Assembly: GCA_965246705.1 (NCBI GenBank)
Contig: CBDFFF010000001.1
Location: forward strand, 413,253 to 477,252
Length of the DNA: 64,000 nucleotides
Direction of reading: 5' to 3'
Source of the DNA: Abditibacterium sp.
GTDB lineage: Bacteria > Armatimonadota > Abditibacteriia > Abditibacteriales > Abditibacteriaceae
Within the stretch, counting starts at the first letter, position 1. Each line of letters starts with the position of its first letter. The position numbers and the translations under genes were made by a program. A model generated the notes under the pieces. That model worked only from the letters and a program-made list of their open reading frames with translations. It ran no database searches and was not told the DNA's origin. Below are positions 36,559 through 46,906 of this stretch, piece by piece.

Positions 36559-39500
36559 TTACTCCGTGATGCTCACTCGCATTTCATCGCTGGTGGCGCG
36601 CACTTCGGGGGCATACATGGCATAGCCGTTGGTGGGCAAGGCATGGAATGTTCCCGGCACTTCGGCGCGCACTCGATAGCGTAGCACGCGACGGCCTTGC
36701 GGCAGGTTGCTCACGAAGAACGCGGTTTTGTCGTCGCGCATTTCGACGTAGTAGCTCAGGCTATCGTTCGAGTCGTAGCCGCTGCGCACGTCCACCGGCT
36801 CGAAGCCCGCCGCCTTCATGTCCTCGAACAGCAGATATTCGTAGTCGTTTTTCGCGTTGACCACGAGTTCGACTTCGATCAAATCGCCCGATTTGACCGT
36901 CGCGCCGTCTTTGATCGCTTCGCGTTTGTATTCCGGTGCGGGCGGAATGCTGTCGCGCGGCGGGAATGGCGGCCTGATGCGCGGCATCATTGCGACCCCT
37001 ACCTTGCCTTGCGTTTGCGGCTGTCCCTGAGTGGGGTTAGCGTCGGGTTTGGTTTCGGCGCGCGTCAGCTTGTAGAAAGTGCGGCTCACTTCGAGTTCGT
37101 TGCCGCTACCCTTGATGGGGTCTTCGCGCGAGAACGAGTCTTCGTAGGCGCTGAAATACAGCTTGCCGCGACCCTTCTTCTCGATGGTAAGGGTGTTCGA
37201 CTTGTCGCCCGATTCGAGGAACAAGTCGCCCGCACGGAAGCGGTTATCGAACCACAGCGCGTTATCTGCCGTGATGTGATAGGTGCGCGCCAGTTGACCG
37301 TTGAGATTGACGTTCACCGTCATATCCACATCGAGTTCGTGGTGATGGGCCACATAAGCGGCGAGGGTGTACACGACTTCGGCGGTTTCTTTGGTGCTGC
37401 GCCAGTGGTTGCCGCGCGAGTTGAGCGTGAGCCACTTGGCGAACATCGGCACCAATCTGTTGTCGGGTTCTATCTCGTCGAAGGCGCGAAGCGCGAGCGC
37501 CACGGTTTCGACATCGTTGTTCCACCAATACCAATAGCTCGCCTGGGTCTGGTAGCGCGCTGTGCCGTTGGCGGCGTCCACCTTGACGGTGTTTTCGAGG
37601 TTGCGAACCAATACGTTCGCTTTGTCCTTTTCGTTCGCCTTGAACAGCGTCATCGCCAGATACGCTTTGGAAAGTGGGGTCAGGCGGTCGCGCTGTTGGA
37701 ACAAACGTCCTGCGGCGATGCCTTTGGTCGTGCCGTCTACGTTGATTTGGGCCAGAGCGTAGGCCATGTAAGCCAGCAAATGCAAGTTATCTTCGTCCTT
37801 CATTTGCTTTTGCAGATAGGACCGTCCGCGATTCAACATGCTCTGGTCGCCTTCGATTTTCGCCAGTCGCGCCTGAGACAGGCCGTAGACGACGTAGGCC
37901 GACATATATTCGTCGCTTTCCGAGGCGCCGGGGAACCAGCCCCAGCCACCATCGGAGCGCTGCATCGAAGCGAGGCGTTGCAAGCCTTCCTTCGTCATCT
38001 GCTTAATCTTGCCGCCGTCATAAATCGGGTTGTTGCTGCGGTTGTGATACCACATCTGCGAGGCCATCTCGTCTAGATCGCGCCCGCCCGGTTCACCTTT
38101 GGGAAAGGTGTAGCCCGAATTTTTGACGCGAGTTCCCACCGATTCGGCTTTGGCTTCTTTGGAGTAGGCCTGAGCGCGGGCGCGAAGCGTTTGCAGGTTC
38201 ACACCCGACGTTTGTAACGAGCGCTCGACCAGAGCCGAGGGCAGGAAGCGCGACATGGTTTGCTCGACGCAGCCGTAGGGATAGTCGGACAGGTAGGGCA
38301 GGGCATCCAGTGCCGTCGCCGCCAGCGACGGGTTCATTTGCACGTTGAGTTGCGTGGCGCCGAACTGCCGCTGTTTCGGGAAGGTAAGCGGAATTTTCGT
38401 GGTGCCGTCCACTGTAATGACGCCGGTATGGGCGGCGAACTGCGGCGCTCCATGCGTGAGCACAGGAAAGCTGAGTCGTACCGCATCGGAATCGGTGCCC
38501 GTTTTGGCCGATACCTGAATGGAGGTTTGGCCTTCCTGCGTGACGTTAAACAGCCAGTCAATGCGCTTTTCGCCACCAGCGGGAATGAGAGTCGTGTTTT
38601 GCGCGCGGGCTCCCGCTGCCTCGCTCGAAAGTTCGAGGCCGGGATGCGCGGCGGCCAGTGCGTAGGACACGCTCTGCTCTTTGTCGGTGTAGTTGTGGAT
38701 GTTCGCCGAAACCACGACTTTGTCTTTTTCAACAAAGAAGCGGGGGGCTTGAAGGCGAACCAGCAAATCTTTCTTCGTCGCGGCGTCGGTATCGGCGCTG
38801 CCGACTTCGACGGTGTTGGTGAGGCCGCGCGCTGTCGCGTGCCACTGCGTCAGGCTGTCGGGGAAGGTCACTTTGACCGTTGCCGTGCCGTTGTCGGTGA
38901 TGACCGCTGGCGACCAGTAGGCGGTTTCGGCGAAGTTGGTTCGCACCTGTCCCGAATCGCCGGTGCCGGGGGCTTCTGCTGCTGCACTTTTAGCCATCCG
39001 CAGTTGAGTGGATGGCGCCGCTGGTGCCATCATTGGCATCGGCGCGGCGGCATCGGCAGCCATAGTGCCATTAACTACCGGGGTGGTGAAGAAGGAGCGG
39101 GAAAGGCCTGCTGTGCTGCCAGGTAGACCACCACCTATACCATACGGATACCAGCCGAAGTTGCCGGGTTGGAGTTGCAATTGGCCGAAGTCGTCGGGCA
39201 ATTCCCAACTGTGGGTTTCGATGTTCGGGTCGGTGGGGGCTTCGCGGCGCGGGTCGATGTTTCCTGAACGACTTGAATCGAGGTTGACCGAGTTGCCGCG
39301 ACGGTCGCCGTAGAAGAAGGAGCGCACATCGGGGGTGGAATCGCTTTGGATATAGAACAGGCTGGCGTCGATGAGCGCGAGAGAAACCTCGGCGCGGGCC
39401 GGAGCGCCGCTCCAATCGCGGGCGCTGATCTGGAAGGTGCCGGTTTCGCCCGGTTTGTAGGTCGCTTTGTCGCTTTTCACGTTTAGCTTCAACAACTGGC

Positions 39501-42500
39501 GTGTCGGTGGCACGATGACTTCGGTTTGCGCTTGCGCGACCTCGTAGTCCTGCACCACGGCGGCGCCCAGGAAGAAGTTGGGGACGTGGGTTTTATTGAT
39601 CGGGATGTTGACTTCGACCGACTGCCCAGGAATCGGCACAATCTGGCGGCTGAGAATCTGGCCGTTGGCTTCCTGCGTGAACAGGACGTTGGCGCCCGGT
39701 TTATCGGCGACCAGGCGCGCGTGCAGCGTTTGGCCTTCTTCGTAAGATTCCTTGTCGAGCAGGATGGTGACGCCGCGCAAGCGGATTTGGCCGACGCTTT
39801 CGCCCACGACCCAGATTTCTTGCGATGCCATCGGCTTATCGCCCCAAGTGGTCTGGCCTTCAAACTCGACGCGGAATTGTCCCGAATCCGTCGCTTCCCA
39901 TGTCCAGGTGGCGCGGCCAGTGGCGTCGGTGGTGATGGGTTGTTCGAGAACTTTTTCTTCTTTGTCGTTGGGGAGCAAGCGGAAGACGCGCATGGTGCCC
40001 GTCGCTTTGACGGGGATTTCGTTAGCGTCCTGCGTGCGCAGTTCGATGGGGACACGGTCGCCTTTCTGGAAGTAGCCGCGCTCGACGTTCAAGAAGGCGA
40101 AATAGGGCTGGTTGGCAACTTTGACTTGGCCTTGCGCTTCGATAGTGCGCCGCGACGAGTCGGTGATTTCCGCTTCGATGGTGTAGAGCGGGTTCGATTT
40201 CCAGACGGGGTAGAAGCCGTAGCGGACCTGGGGCTGTGAATCGGAGTCGGTGATGGACTGGGTTTGGAAGGCAATTTTCGCATTGCCCTGCGCGTCGGTG
40301 GTGGTGGTGCCTTCATAGACGACTTCACCACTGCCCTCGCCGCCGATGTTGCGGCGATTGCCGTAGTCGTTCATACCCCACGAGGTCATCAACCAATCAT
40401 AGGGTGTGGGGAAGTTGAAGCTGGCCCACCAACTCGATTTGCGAACCGTGTATTTCACCTTCGCGTTCGGGACGGGGGCACCGAAGTAGTAGTGCGCCGA
40501 AAGCTGCGCCTCGACATTTTCGCCGGGGCGTTTGACTTCTTTGGGGGCTGTGACGACCACTTCAAATTCGGGGCGTTTGTATTCTTCGACGCGGAAGCTG
40601 GCGCTGCCGTCCATATCCTTGTCGTCGGTGATGTTCAGGTTGCAGACGCCCAGCGTTGATGAATCGGGGATCGGGAAAGAGCCCGACAGCGAGCCGAACT
40701 CGTTGGTGGTGGCGCTGCCTTCCCACAGCTTTGTGCCGCGCGTGTCGGTGGCGGTGATAGAGAATTTGTGGTCTTTGACGACCTGACGGTCGTTGCCTTG
40801 AGCGCGCGTGGTGGCGACGAAGCGGAAATTCACCTTTTGGCCGGGACGATAGACCGGACGGTCGGTGTAGCCCAGCACTTTGGGCTGCGCGCCGGAGTCG
40901 TTGTTCCACCAGCCGCTGCCCTGAGCGCTGGTGAGCGCGTAGCGGTTGCCGACGAAGGCAAAGGCCGCGAAGCTGGAGTTATTATCGCCCGCCCGCTTTT
41001 TGTCGAAGAAGCCGTCCGCGTCGGAAGCGCCGCGCGCGACACTGATTTTGCGCGGGTTATAATCCCAGGTTTCTTTGATGACAACGCTGGCGCCGGGAAC
41101 CTTCTGGCCCGATTTCGCATCGCACGCCCATACGAAGGCGCCGTCCACATCGCTCTTTTTGAGCAGGGCCAAATCGGAGATGACGACGATTTGGCCGAAG
41201 CGCACGTCGCCCGCGCTCGCCACCACAACGTAAGCGCCCATGTCTGAGACGGGCACATCGAGTTTGGTGTCTTGCTCGGTGTAGTCGCCGTTGTCTTTGG
41301 TGGTGATTTTCCAGCGCGCGGCGGGATCGCCCAGTTTGCCCGTCAGGTCGGAGAACGAGCCGAAGTTGCGGTCGAAGGACGTGAAGGTCGTGTCGGCATC
41401 GCCCAGGGGCTTGGGCGCGAGCAGGAAATCTTCCAGCTTAACGCGATAAGCCGCGAAGAACACGTCTTTGAGGTTGCGGCTCGTCATTTCCAGGTGCGGT
41501 TTGTCGCCCGGTTTGGTCGTGCCGTTCACGCTAAAGCCAATTTCGCGCTTCTCGATCTGGCGGATGGCGGCGCGGGCATCATTGGCCCATTTCGACCTGG
41601 GATATTTGGCCAGTAGTTCGAGCCATATCTTGCGCGCTTCTACCGAAGTGGTCTGGTGCTGGGCCAGCAGTGCCAGCGTTTGTGGGGCGAGAGGCGAGGT
41701 GGGGTAGGTATCGACCAGTTTGCGAAGCGGCGCGTTGGGGTTCAGGCTCTGGAACGGGTAGGGGCGCTTAATGGTTTTCTGGGTCTGGTCGTCATATTTG
41801 GGAGCCCAGGCATCCATGCGCTGCTTGTAGGCGCTGAGGAAGAAGCCTTCGCCGAGCAGCGAACGCTGCGATTTGGCTTTGGCATCATCCCCATCCAGTG
41901 TTCGGATTTGCGCGTAGAGAAAGAGCACCTTTTTCGGCAGGCTCCAGCCCGTCGAATAGGGCACGCTGGGGTCAATGGCTTCATCGAAGGGCGCGTCGCC
42001 GGTTCGTTTGTCGAGAGCAGGGAGCCAGTCGTTGAAGGTGGCCTGGGGCAAGAAGGCGGCGAGGTCGAGATTGAGGTCGCATTCTTCGTCCCACGAAAGG
42101 GGATAGATGGGCGCGAAGTAGCGGTTTTGCTTGGCGTCGCGCCGCTCTTTTTCGGCGGCGACTTTGGCTTTTTCGAGGTTATCGAGTGCGGCCTTCTGAT
42201 CGCTGTCGTTCAGATACACCGCTTGCGGGGTTTCGCCGTTTTTGACTTCCGGGTACTCGTCGCTGCGGGTGGTCTTATCGCCGATTTTCCAGGCGCGGTG
42301 GGGTGCTTTGACGTAGAGTTGGCCGAGCAGATAGTAGAATCGCGCTTTCCAACTGGCGTTCAAAACGCCATCGTTGGCAGCAGCGATGGCCTCGTCCCAC
42401 TTTTCGCTCTTGAAAAGGGCAGTGGCGAGTTCGTAGTTCACGCGCTCTGGTTCACGCACGGGGCCAGCCGCCTTCGCCGCACGAAAGAGTTCGATGGCTC

Positions 42501-42639
42501 GCCCATAGGATTTTTCGACCAGAGCTTGGCGTGCTTGCGCGAGGGTATCGGGTGTGTTCTGCGCCCGCGCCGGAAGCGAGGCCGCGCAGAGCAGCGCGCC
42601 GAGCAGGAGCGGTAACAGAGGTTTGCTTGGAAATCTCAT
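36559..42639 (-). CDS. bacterial alpha-2-macroglobulin (MG2 domain) with N-terminal TPR-like region
   Basis: TDRPVYRPGQ, FRVEEYKRPEF, VRTNFAETAYW and FPDSLTQW; thioester motif PYGCVEQT; QRSDGGWGW. Confidence 0.93.
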   Translation of the reverse strand: MRFPSKPLLPLLLGALLCAASLPARAQNTPDTLAQARQALVEKSYGRAIELFRAAKAAGPVREPERVNYELATALFKSEKWDEAIAAANDGVLNASWKARFYYLLGQLYVKAPHRAWKIGDKTTRSDEYPEVKNGETPQAVYLNDSDQKAALDNLEKAKVAAEKERRDAKQNRYFAPIYPLSWDEECDLNLDLAAFLPQATFNDWLPALDKRTGDAPFDEAIDPSVPYSTGWSLPKKVLFLYAQIRTLDGDDAKAKSQRSLLGEGFFLSAYKQRMDAWAPKYDDQTQKTIKRPYPFQSLNPNAPLRKLVDTYPTSPLAPQTLALLAQHQTTSVEARKIWLELLAKYPRSKWANDARAAIRQIEKREIGFSVNGTTKPGDKPHLEMTSRNLKDVFFAAYRVKLEDFLLAPKPLGDADTTFTSFDRNFGSFSDLTGKLGDPAARWKITTKDNGDYTEQDTKLDVPVSDMGAYVVVASAGDVRFGQIVVISDLALLKKSDVDGAFVWACDAKSGQKVPGASVVIKETWDYNPRKISVARGASDADGFFDKKRAGDNNSSFAAFAFVGNRYALTSAQGSGWWNNDSGAQPKVLGYTDRPVYRPGQKVNFRFVATTRAQGNDRQVVKDHKFSITATDTRGTKLWEGSATTNEFGSLSGSFPIPDSSTLGVCNLNITDDKDMDGSASFRVEEYKRPEFEVVVTAPKEVKRPGENVEAQLSAHYYFGAPVPNAKVKYTVRKSSWWASFNFPTPYDWLMTSWGMNDYGNRRNIGGEGSGEVVYEGTTTTDAQGNAKIAFQTQSITDSDSQPQVRYGFYPVWKSNPLYTIEAEITDSSRRTIEAQGQVKVANQPYFAFLNVERGYFQKGDRVPIELRTQDANEIPVKATGTMRVFRLLPNDKEEKVLEQPITTDATGRATWTWEATDSGQFRVEFEGQTTWGDKPMASQEIWVVGESVGQIRLRGVTILLDKESYEEGQTLHARLVADKPGANVLFTQEANGQILSRQIVPIPGQSVEVNIPINKTHVPNFFLGAAVVQDYEVAQAQTEVIVPPTRQLLKLNVKSDKATYKPGETGTFQISARDWSGAPARAEVSLALIDASLFYIQSDSTPDVRSFFYGDRRGNSVNLDSSRSGNIDPRREAPTDPNIETHSWELPDDFGQLQLQPGNFGWYPYGIGGGLPGSTAGLSRSFFTTPVVNGTMAADAAAPMPMMAPAAPSTQLRMAKSAAAEAPGTGDSGQVRTNFAETAYWSPAVITDNGTATVKVTFPDSLTQWHATARGLTNTVEVGSADTDAATKKDLLVRLQAPRFFVEKDKVVVSANIHNYTDKEQSVSYALAAAHPGLELSSEAAGARAQNTTLIPAGGEKRIDWLFNVTQEGQTSIQVSAKTGTDSDAVRLSFPVLTHGAPQFAAHTGVITVDGTTKIPLTFPKQRQFGATQLNVQMNPSLAATALDALPYLSDYPYGCVEQTMSRFLPSALVERSLQTSGVNLQTLRARAQAYSKEAKAESVGTRVKNSGYTFPKGEPGGRDLDEMASQMWYHNRSNNPIYDGGKIKQMTKEGLQRLASMQRSDGGWGWFPGASESDEYMSAYVVYGLSQARLAKIEGDQSMLNRGRSYLQKQMKDEDNLHLLAYMAYALAQINVDGTTKGIAAGRLFQQRDRLTPLSKAYLAMTLFKANEKDKANVLVRNLENTVKVDAANGTARYQTQASYWYWWNNDVETVALALRAFDEIEPDNRLVPMFAKWLTLNSRGNHWRSTKETAEVVYTLAAYVAHHHELDVDMTVNVNLNGQLARTYHITADNALWFDNRFRAGDLFLESGDKSNTLTIEKKGRGKLYFSAYEDSFSREDPIKGSGNELEVSRTFYKLTRAETKPDANPTQGQPQTQGKVGVAMMPRIRPPFPPRDSIPPAPEYKREAIKDGATVKSGDLIEVELVVNAKNDYEYLLFEDMKAAGFEPVDVRSGYDSNDSLSYYVEMRDDKTAFFVSNLPQGRRVLRYRVRAEVPGTFHALPTNGYAMYAPEVRATSDEMRVSITE

Positions 42640-42712
42640 TGTGTGGCCTTCGACTGAACAAGGCGAAAATTTGTTTCATGGTGCGTTCCCGCGCAGATTT
42701 GCGGCCCATTCG

Positions 42713-43098
42713 CAGAAGAGGAGTGGAAGAGGGAGGGAGAAGAGGAGAATTTGGGCATAGTGGTTCGGCAAGATTGAATATGCCCTCAAATGGGGTATTT
42801 TTGAGGCAACTTCAATCTTTTTCAATTCGGGTTGAGCGTGAGAAAAGATTGAAAAGATTGATTGTTGGGCAAAATCGCGAAAAATCGGGGAAGATTCACG
42901 CTCAACTGAGGGAAAGATTGACTATTCAATGTTTTCGATTTTTATCCACAGATGAACTCGGATAGGGACACAGATGAAAAGTGGGTGAGGGCGAGAGAGT
43001 TATTCATAGGCGAGGGAAAGGAGTCAAAAAGCTCCTGTTCCTCTATCATACTCGAAAACTATGTAACGGTGTAAGTAACAAAAATAGAGTTTTTCGTG
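42713..43098 (-). repeat. ~390-bp non-coding dispersed element, copy 2
   Basis: Reverse complement of 25527-25952 without the insert. Confidence 0.9.
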
Positions 43099-43153
43099 AG
43101 GAGGAGTTACATTGGGAAAAACCGTGGGGCGACTGCCCCTTCTTCAATCAATA

Positions 43154-43388
43154 ATTCATGTTACGCAGTGGAATGTAGTAGGCCATGCACGAATGTTGGA
43201 ACTCCCAATTTTAGACACACGAAACACGGATTACTTCGGGGGCATGGCCTGCCGTGTCTGCGAGATATAATTGCGCTTACGCGCCCTTCATGTGACAGCC
43301 TCTCGCGGACACGGCAAGTTATGTCCCTACTTTGGTCCCTCATAATGCGTGTTTTCTTGCACACATTACAATTCAGTGAGTAATGAAT
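43154..43388. mobile_element. TIR-bounded element carrying a REP-like inverted doublet
   Basis: Left end ATTCATGTTACGCAGTGGAATGTAGTA matches 49597-49623 at 24/27; inverted pair at 43238-43265 and 43301-43330; degenerate right end. Confidence 0.5.
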
Positions 43389-43415
43389 TATTGGTTGGGA
43401 GGGGCGGTAGCCCTG

Positions 43416-43465
43416 CAACAAAAGCAAAGAGCGCGAACATTTGTTCGCGCTCTTTGCTTTTGTTG
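43416..43465. terminator. intrinsic terminator
   Basis: CAACAAAAGCAAAGAGCGCGAACA / TGTTCGCGCTCTTTGCTTTTGTTG long inverted repeat. Confidence 0.8.
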
Positions 43466-43469
43466 CCCA

Positions 43470-45194
43470 TTAGTGGGCGGGTGAGATTTTGACTCCGGGC
43501 GGGAGTCCGCCGAAGTTGAGACCACCCATGCCATTGGGGGCAGCGGGTTTGATCTTCTTCTGCTCGGCTAGCGCGAGTGTTGGTTGCTTCAAGGCTGTGA
43601 ACTGGGCCACGAGTTGCTGGCGCAGAGCATCGTCGGGGTTGCCGCCGCCGAAGGGTGAGGGCGTCGAGGGATTGTCGTCTAGCGCTTTGGAGGCTGCCTT
43701 GAACTGTTCTAACGCTGGTTTGGGCTGGCCCGAATCGTTGAGGGCTTGACCGTAAGCGACCAGAAGGCCCGCATCGTTTTTGGCTTCTTCGGTGGCGGCT
43801 TTGAGCGCTTCCAATTGAGGCTGCTTCTGGCCCGCGTCGCGGTAGAGGGTCGATTTCTGGAAATTGATGGAGGCCGCTTCCATGCCTTTGCCCGCCGTTT
43901 TAAGAGCGTCGTCGTAGCGTCCCAGAATATCGTCACGCATTTTCTTCTGGTCGTCGCCAGTTTTGGTGTACAGGTCTTTGGTTTGAAGCTGGTAGGCCGC
44001 CAGTGCCGAATCGCTCACATCGGGCGTCACGGCCTTTTGCAGTTCTTCCTGTTTTTTCTGCCATACCGCATTGTCCTGTTGCGTTTCAAAGTCGGCCAGA
44101 ACTTTTTTCTTGGTCTTGGCGTAATCGGGGGGCAACTGGATTTTGCGGGCTGCGACGAAGTAAATCGTTTGCGAACCATCGAAGTCGCTTTTGAAGGGGC
44201 CGTTCACTGGCTGGGCCGATTTGCTGAGGGCTTCGCCGACATCGGGCGGCGAGATTTCAGCCGGCAATTTCAAACCGAGCGAACCACCTTTGGCTTTGGT
44301 GACGGTATCGGCGCTTTGCTTCATGGCGATGGCTTTGAAGTTCGCCAGTGTCGGGTTGGCTTTGAGTTGCGCGAGCAGCTTGTTGGCTTTGTCCTGATTC
44401 ACACCTTGCAGACGGGTTTGTTCGGCCTTGAAATCTTTGACGTTGCCCTTGGGCAGGTCGGGGCGCAGCACGATTTGATAGAGGTCGAGCTTGGTGACGC
44501 TGCGTTTATAGTCGTCTTCTGTCGAGGTCGCCGCGTCCTTGGTCTGCTTTTCGAGTTTGTCTACCAGCAGTTTCTTCTGGACTCCGTCGCGGGCGTCCTG
44601 AGTGAGCTTGCCCTTTTCTTGCTGGACGGCCTCATCAATCGAGCCGACTTTGTACTGGGTTTGCACCAGGCGCAAAAACGCCGCTTCGCTTTGGCCGGGC
44701 TGCGGTTTGAACTGGTCGCGGAGTTCTTTGTCCAATTCCTTGTCGATATCGGCGTCCGAAACCGTGATACCCGCTTTTTTAGCGGCCACGATGAGCGCGG
44801 CGTTGTCGGTTAGTTGCTTGAGCGAGTCCTGCTTTTGCGATAAATAGGTTTCGGCGCTGAGTTTGGGACCCATACCGTATTGAGTATTGAATTGAACTGT
44901 GCGCCCAAAAGCGTTGTCCAGTTGGCCCGCCGTGACGGTCTCGTCGCCAACAGTGGCCACGGCATCGGTCGGGTTTTGCTGCGAGCCACCATTGGGGGCT
45001 TGAGGAATACCGCTCGGTGAAAAGCTCGATATAGCGAAGGTGCCCGCCATGATAATGCCCGACATCACGATCATCACTTTGACGATGCGTGACGAGACGG
45101 CACCCGACCGGATGCCCTCGATGGAAAAGGGCGAGGGTTTGTCAACATAGTCCGGCTCACGCTTCGCCGGAGTCTTTGGTTCTTTTACAGCCAT
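43470..45194 (-). CDS. SurA-N / PpiD-like membrane-anchored chaperone with C-terminal TPR-like region
   Basis: N-terminal TM; AVATVGDETVT; AAKKAGITVSDADID; parvulin-like segment SAD..TKAKGGSLG. Confidence 0.7.
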   Translation of the reverse strand: MAVKEPKTPAKREPDYVDKPSPFSIEGIRSGAVSSRIVKVMIVMSGIIMAGTFAISSFSPSGIPQAPNGGSQQNPTDAVATVGDETVTAGQLDNAFGRTVQFNTQYGMGPKLSAETYLSQKQDSLKQLTDNAALIVAAKKAGITVSDADIDKELDKELRDQFKPQPGQSEAAFLRLVQTQYKVGSIDEAVQQEKGKLTQDARDGVQKKLLVDKLEKQTKDAATSTEDDYKRSVTKLDLYQIVLRPDLPKGNVKDFKAEQTRLQGVNQDKANKLLAQLKANPTLANFKAIAMKQSADTVTKAKGGSLGLKLPAEISPPDVGEALSKSAQPVNGPFKSDFDGSQTIYFVAARKIQLPPDYAKTKKKVLADFETQQDNAVWQKKQEELQKAVTPDVSDSALAAYQLQTKDLYTKTGDDQKKMRDDILGRYDDALKTAGKGMEAASINFQKSTLYRDAGQKQPQLEALKAATEEAKNDAGLLVAYGQALNDSGQPKPALEQFKAASKALDDNPSTPSPFGGGNPDDALRQQLVAQFTALKQPTLALAEQKKIKPAAPNGMGGLNFGGLPPGVKISPAH

Positions 45195-45213
45195 GATAAT
45201 GGGAGGCGCGAGT

Positions 45214-45864
45214 TTAAAGGTGTTCGAGGTGCGCCGTTGAATTGATGTATGAAATCACGACGGGCGGGCCTTCAAGTTGCCCTCCGAGGACGGTTTTTGC
45301 GTCCCCGATTTGAACTTTTGTCAAGGAACAGTTTCCGATTTGCAAGCGGCGCGCGTTCGCCGGAGGCGCATCGAGCAATTCGCAGAGCAAGACACGCAGA
45401 CTCCCGTTATGCCCGACGACGACCACGGTCTTGCCGATATTGTCTTCGATGATGCGTTTCCATGCCGGTTCGAGGCGTGCCCACAGCATCGAATAGGACT
45501 CGCCATTAGGCGGCGCGATGTTCCACGGATCGGCCACGCGCTCCTTCCAATGGTCGGCATAATGTTCGGCAATATCGCGTTCGGCCAAGCCTTCCCAGTC
45601 ACCGTAATTCACTTCGCGCAGAGCATCCATGCCGATGACGGTGAGACCATGCCGGGCGGCGATGGCTTCGCCGGTTTTGAAGGCGCGTTGCAAAGTGGAG
45701 GCATAGACCACGTCAATCTTCACATTCTCGAGGGCTTTGGCGACGGCCTCTTTTTGCTGGAGTCCCACTTCGGTGAGGGGGAGGTCGCGCGCACCAGCGA
45801 AGGTGCGATGCTCGCCCGTATTTCCGGCCACTTCGCCGTGCCTTACTAAATAAATGGTGGTCAT
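45214..45864 (-). CDS. histidine phosphatase (phosphoglycerate mutase) family
   Basis: LVRHGE, STLQRA, LREVNYGDWEG, PNGES and VVGHNG. Confidence 0.92.
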   Translation of the reverse strand: MTTIYLVRHGEVAGNTGEHRTFAGARDLPLTEVGLQQKEAVAKALENVKIDVVYASTLQRAFKTGEAIAARHGLTVIGMDALREVNYGDWEGLAERDIAEHYADHWKERVADPWNIAPPNGESYSMLWARLEPAWKRIIEDNIGKTVVVVGHNGSLRVLLCELLDAPPANARRLQIGNCSLTKVQIGDAKTVLGGQLEGPPVVISYINSTAHLEHL

Positions 45865-45883
45865 TGTTCCCTTAATGCAGGAA

Positions 45884-46906
45884 TCACTTCAATTTCGCCG
45901 CCAACTCCGCGTTGCGTCGTGCCTTTGACTTGAGCGTTTCGAGTGCCGTAGTTGAGGGGGCTTTTGCCGCTTCGATAAGTTGTGGGAGCGCCTTCAAATC
46001 GGTTTCGGAAGGCGAGGCGACGAGTGGGGCGCCAATGATGCCCGCGAGGGCTTTCACTTTGGGGTCGTAGTCGAAGGCGACGACGGGAATACCGACCGAG
46101 GCCGCGAAAATGAGGGCGTGGAGACGCATGGCCAGCACCCGTTCGGCGCCCGCCATGCGCGCGATGATTTCGCGCGGATGCAGATCGCGGGTATCCAAAA
46201 TTTCGTCGGCGCGCACGAGCGAACGCAGCAGCACATCGTCTACTCCGGTTTGCATTGCCAGAAAACGCAGGGTTTTGTTCTTCGCTTTGGCTTCGGTCTG
46301 GATTGCTGCTACCAGTCGTTTGAGCGCGTCTTCGCCCTGTCCTGGCCAAGTACGAAGGGCGGCAATCCATTCGCTCGATTTAGATGCAGTCGTGCTATTG
46401 GCGCTGGCTAAATCCCAGACTGGGTCGGCGGTGATTTCGACGGCGCGGGTGACGCCGATTTCGCGGAGCAATTTCGCCGAATCGGGATCGCGCACTGTGA
46501 CGACTTTGGCGCCCTGAAAGGCTGCGCGCGCCACTTTACGAGCCGTCTGGCTATTCAGTGGCCCGACGCCCTGCGCGTACACCATCGTCGGCTTGCCGAA
46601 GGTTTTCGCGGTGCGAAGCAGAGTGGTGTAATAGACGGCGTTGCGAACGCTGGTGACATCCTGAACCAAGCTGCCGCCACCGCTGAGAAACACATCGCAT
46701 TTGCGAATGGCCGGGAGCAAATCGCGCGGATTCTGGCGCCCGATGGCGTTGATGCCATGCATCTTGCGGGTTTGGGCCGGGTCGCCCGAAGTCGCGGTGA
46801 AGGTGGCGCTCGAATCCAAAACGTGCAAATGAGCGAGCATTGCCGCCAAAACCGCCTCGTCGCCCGCGTTGGCATAGCCGAAATAGCCGTTAATTAAATA
46901 ATTCAC
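45884..46906 (-). CDS. csaB: polysaccharide pyruvyl transferase
   Basis: GYFGYANAGDEAVL, SGGGSLVQDVTS, AQGVGPL, TVRDPDS, TADPV, MRLHALIFA and YDPKV. Confidence 0.88.
   Translation of the reverse strand: MNYLINGYFGYANAGDEAVLAAMLAHLHVLDSSATFTATSGDPAQTRKMHGINAIGRQNPRDLLPAIRKCDVFLSGGGSLVQDVTSVRNAVYYTTLLRTAKTFGKPTMVYAQGVGPLNSQTARKVARAAFQGAKVVTVRDPDSAKLLREIGVTRAVEITADPVWDLASANSTTASKSSEWIAALRTWPGQGEDALKRLVAAIQTEAKAKNKTLRFLAMQTGVDDVLLRSLVRADEILDTRDLHPREIIARMAGAERVLAMRLHALIFAASVGIPVVAFDYDPKVKALAGIIGAPLVASPSETDLKALPQLIEAAKAPSTTALETLKSKARRNAELAAKLK

Noticed and set aside
36697-38076. Long plus-strand ORF (459 aa), and similar ones at 27800-28933, 43746-44813 and 41656-42615
   Set aside because: Antisense shadows of well-supported genes in GC-rich sequence, with no recognisable motifs.
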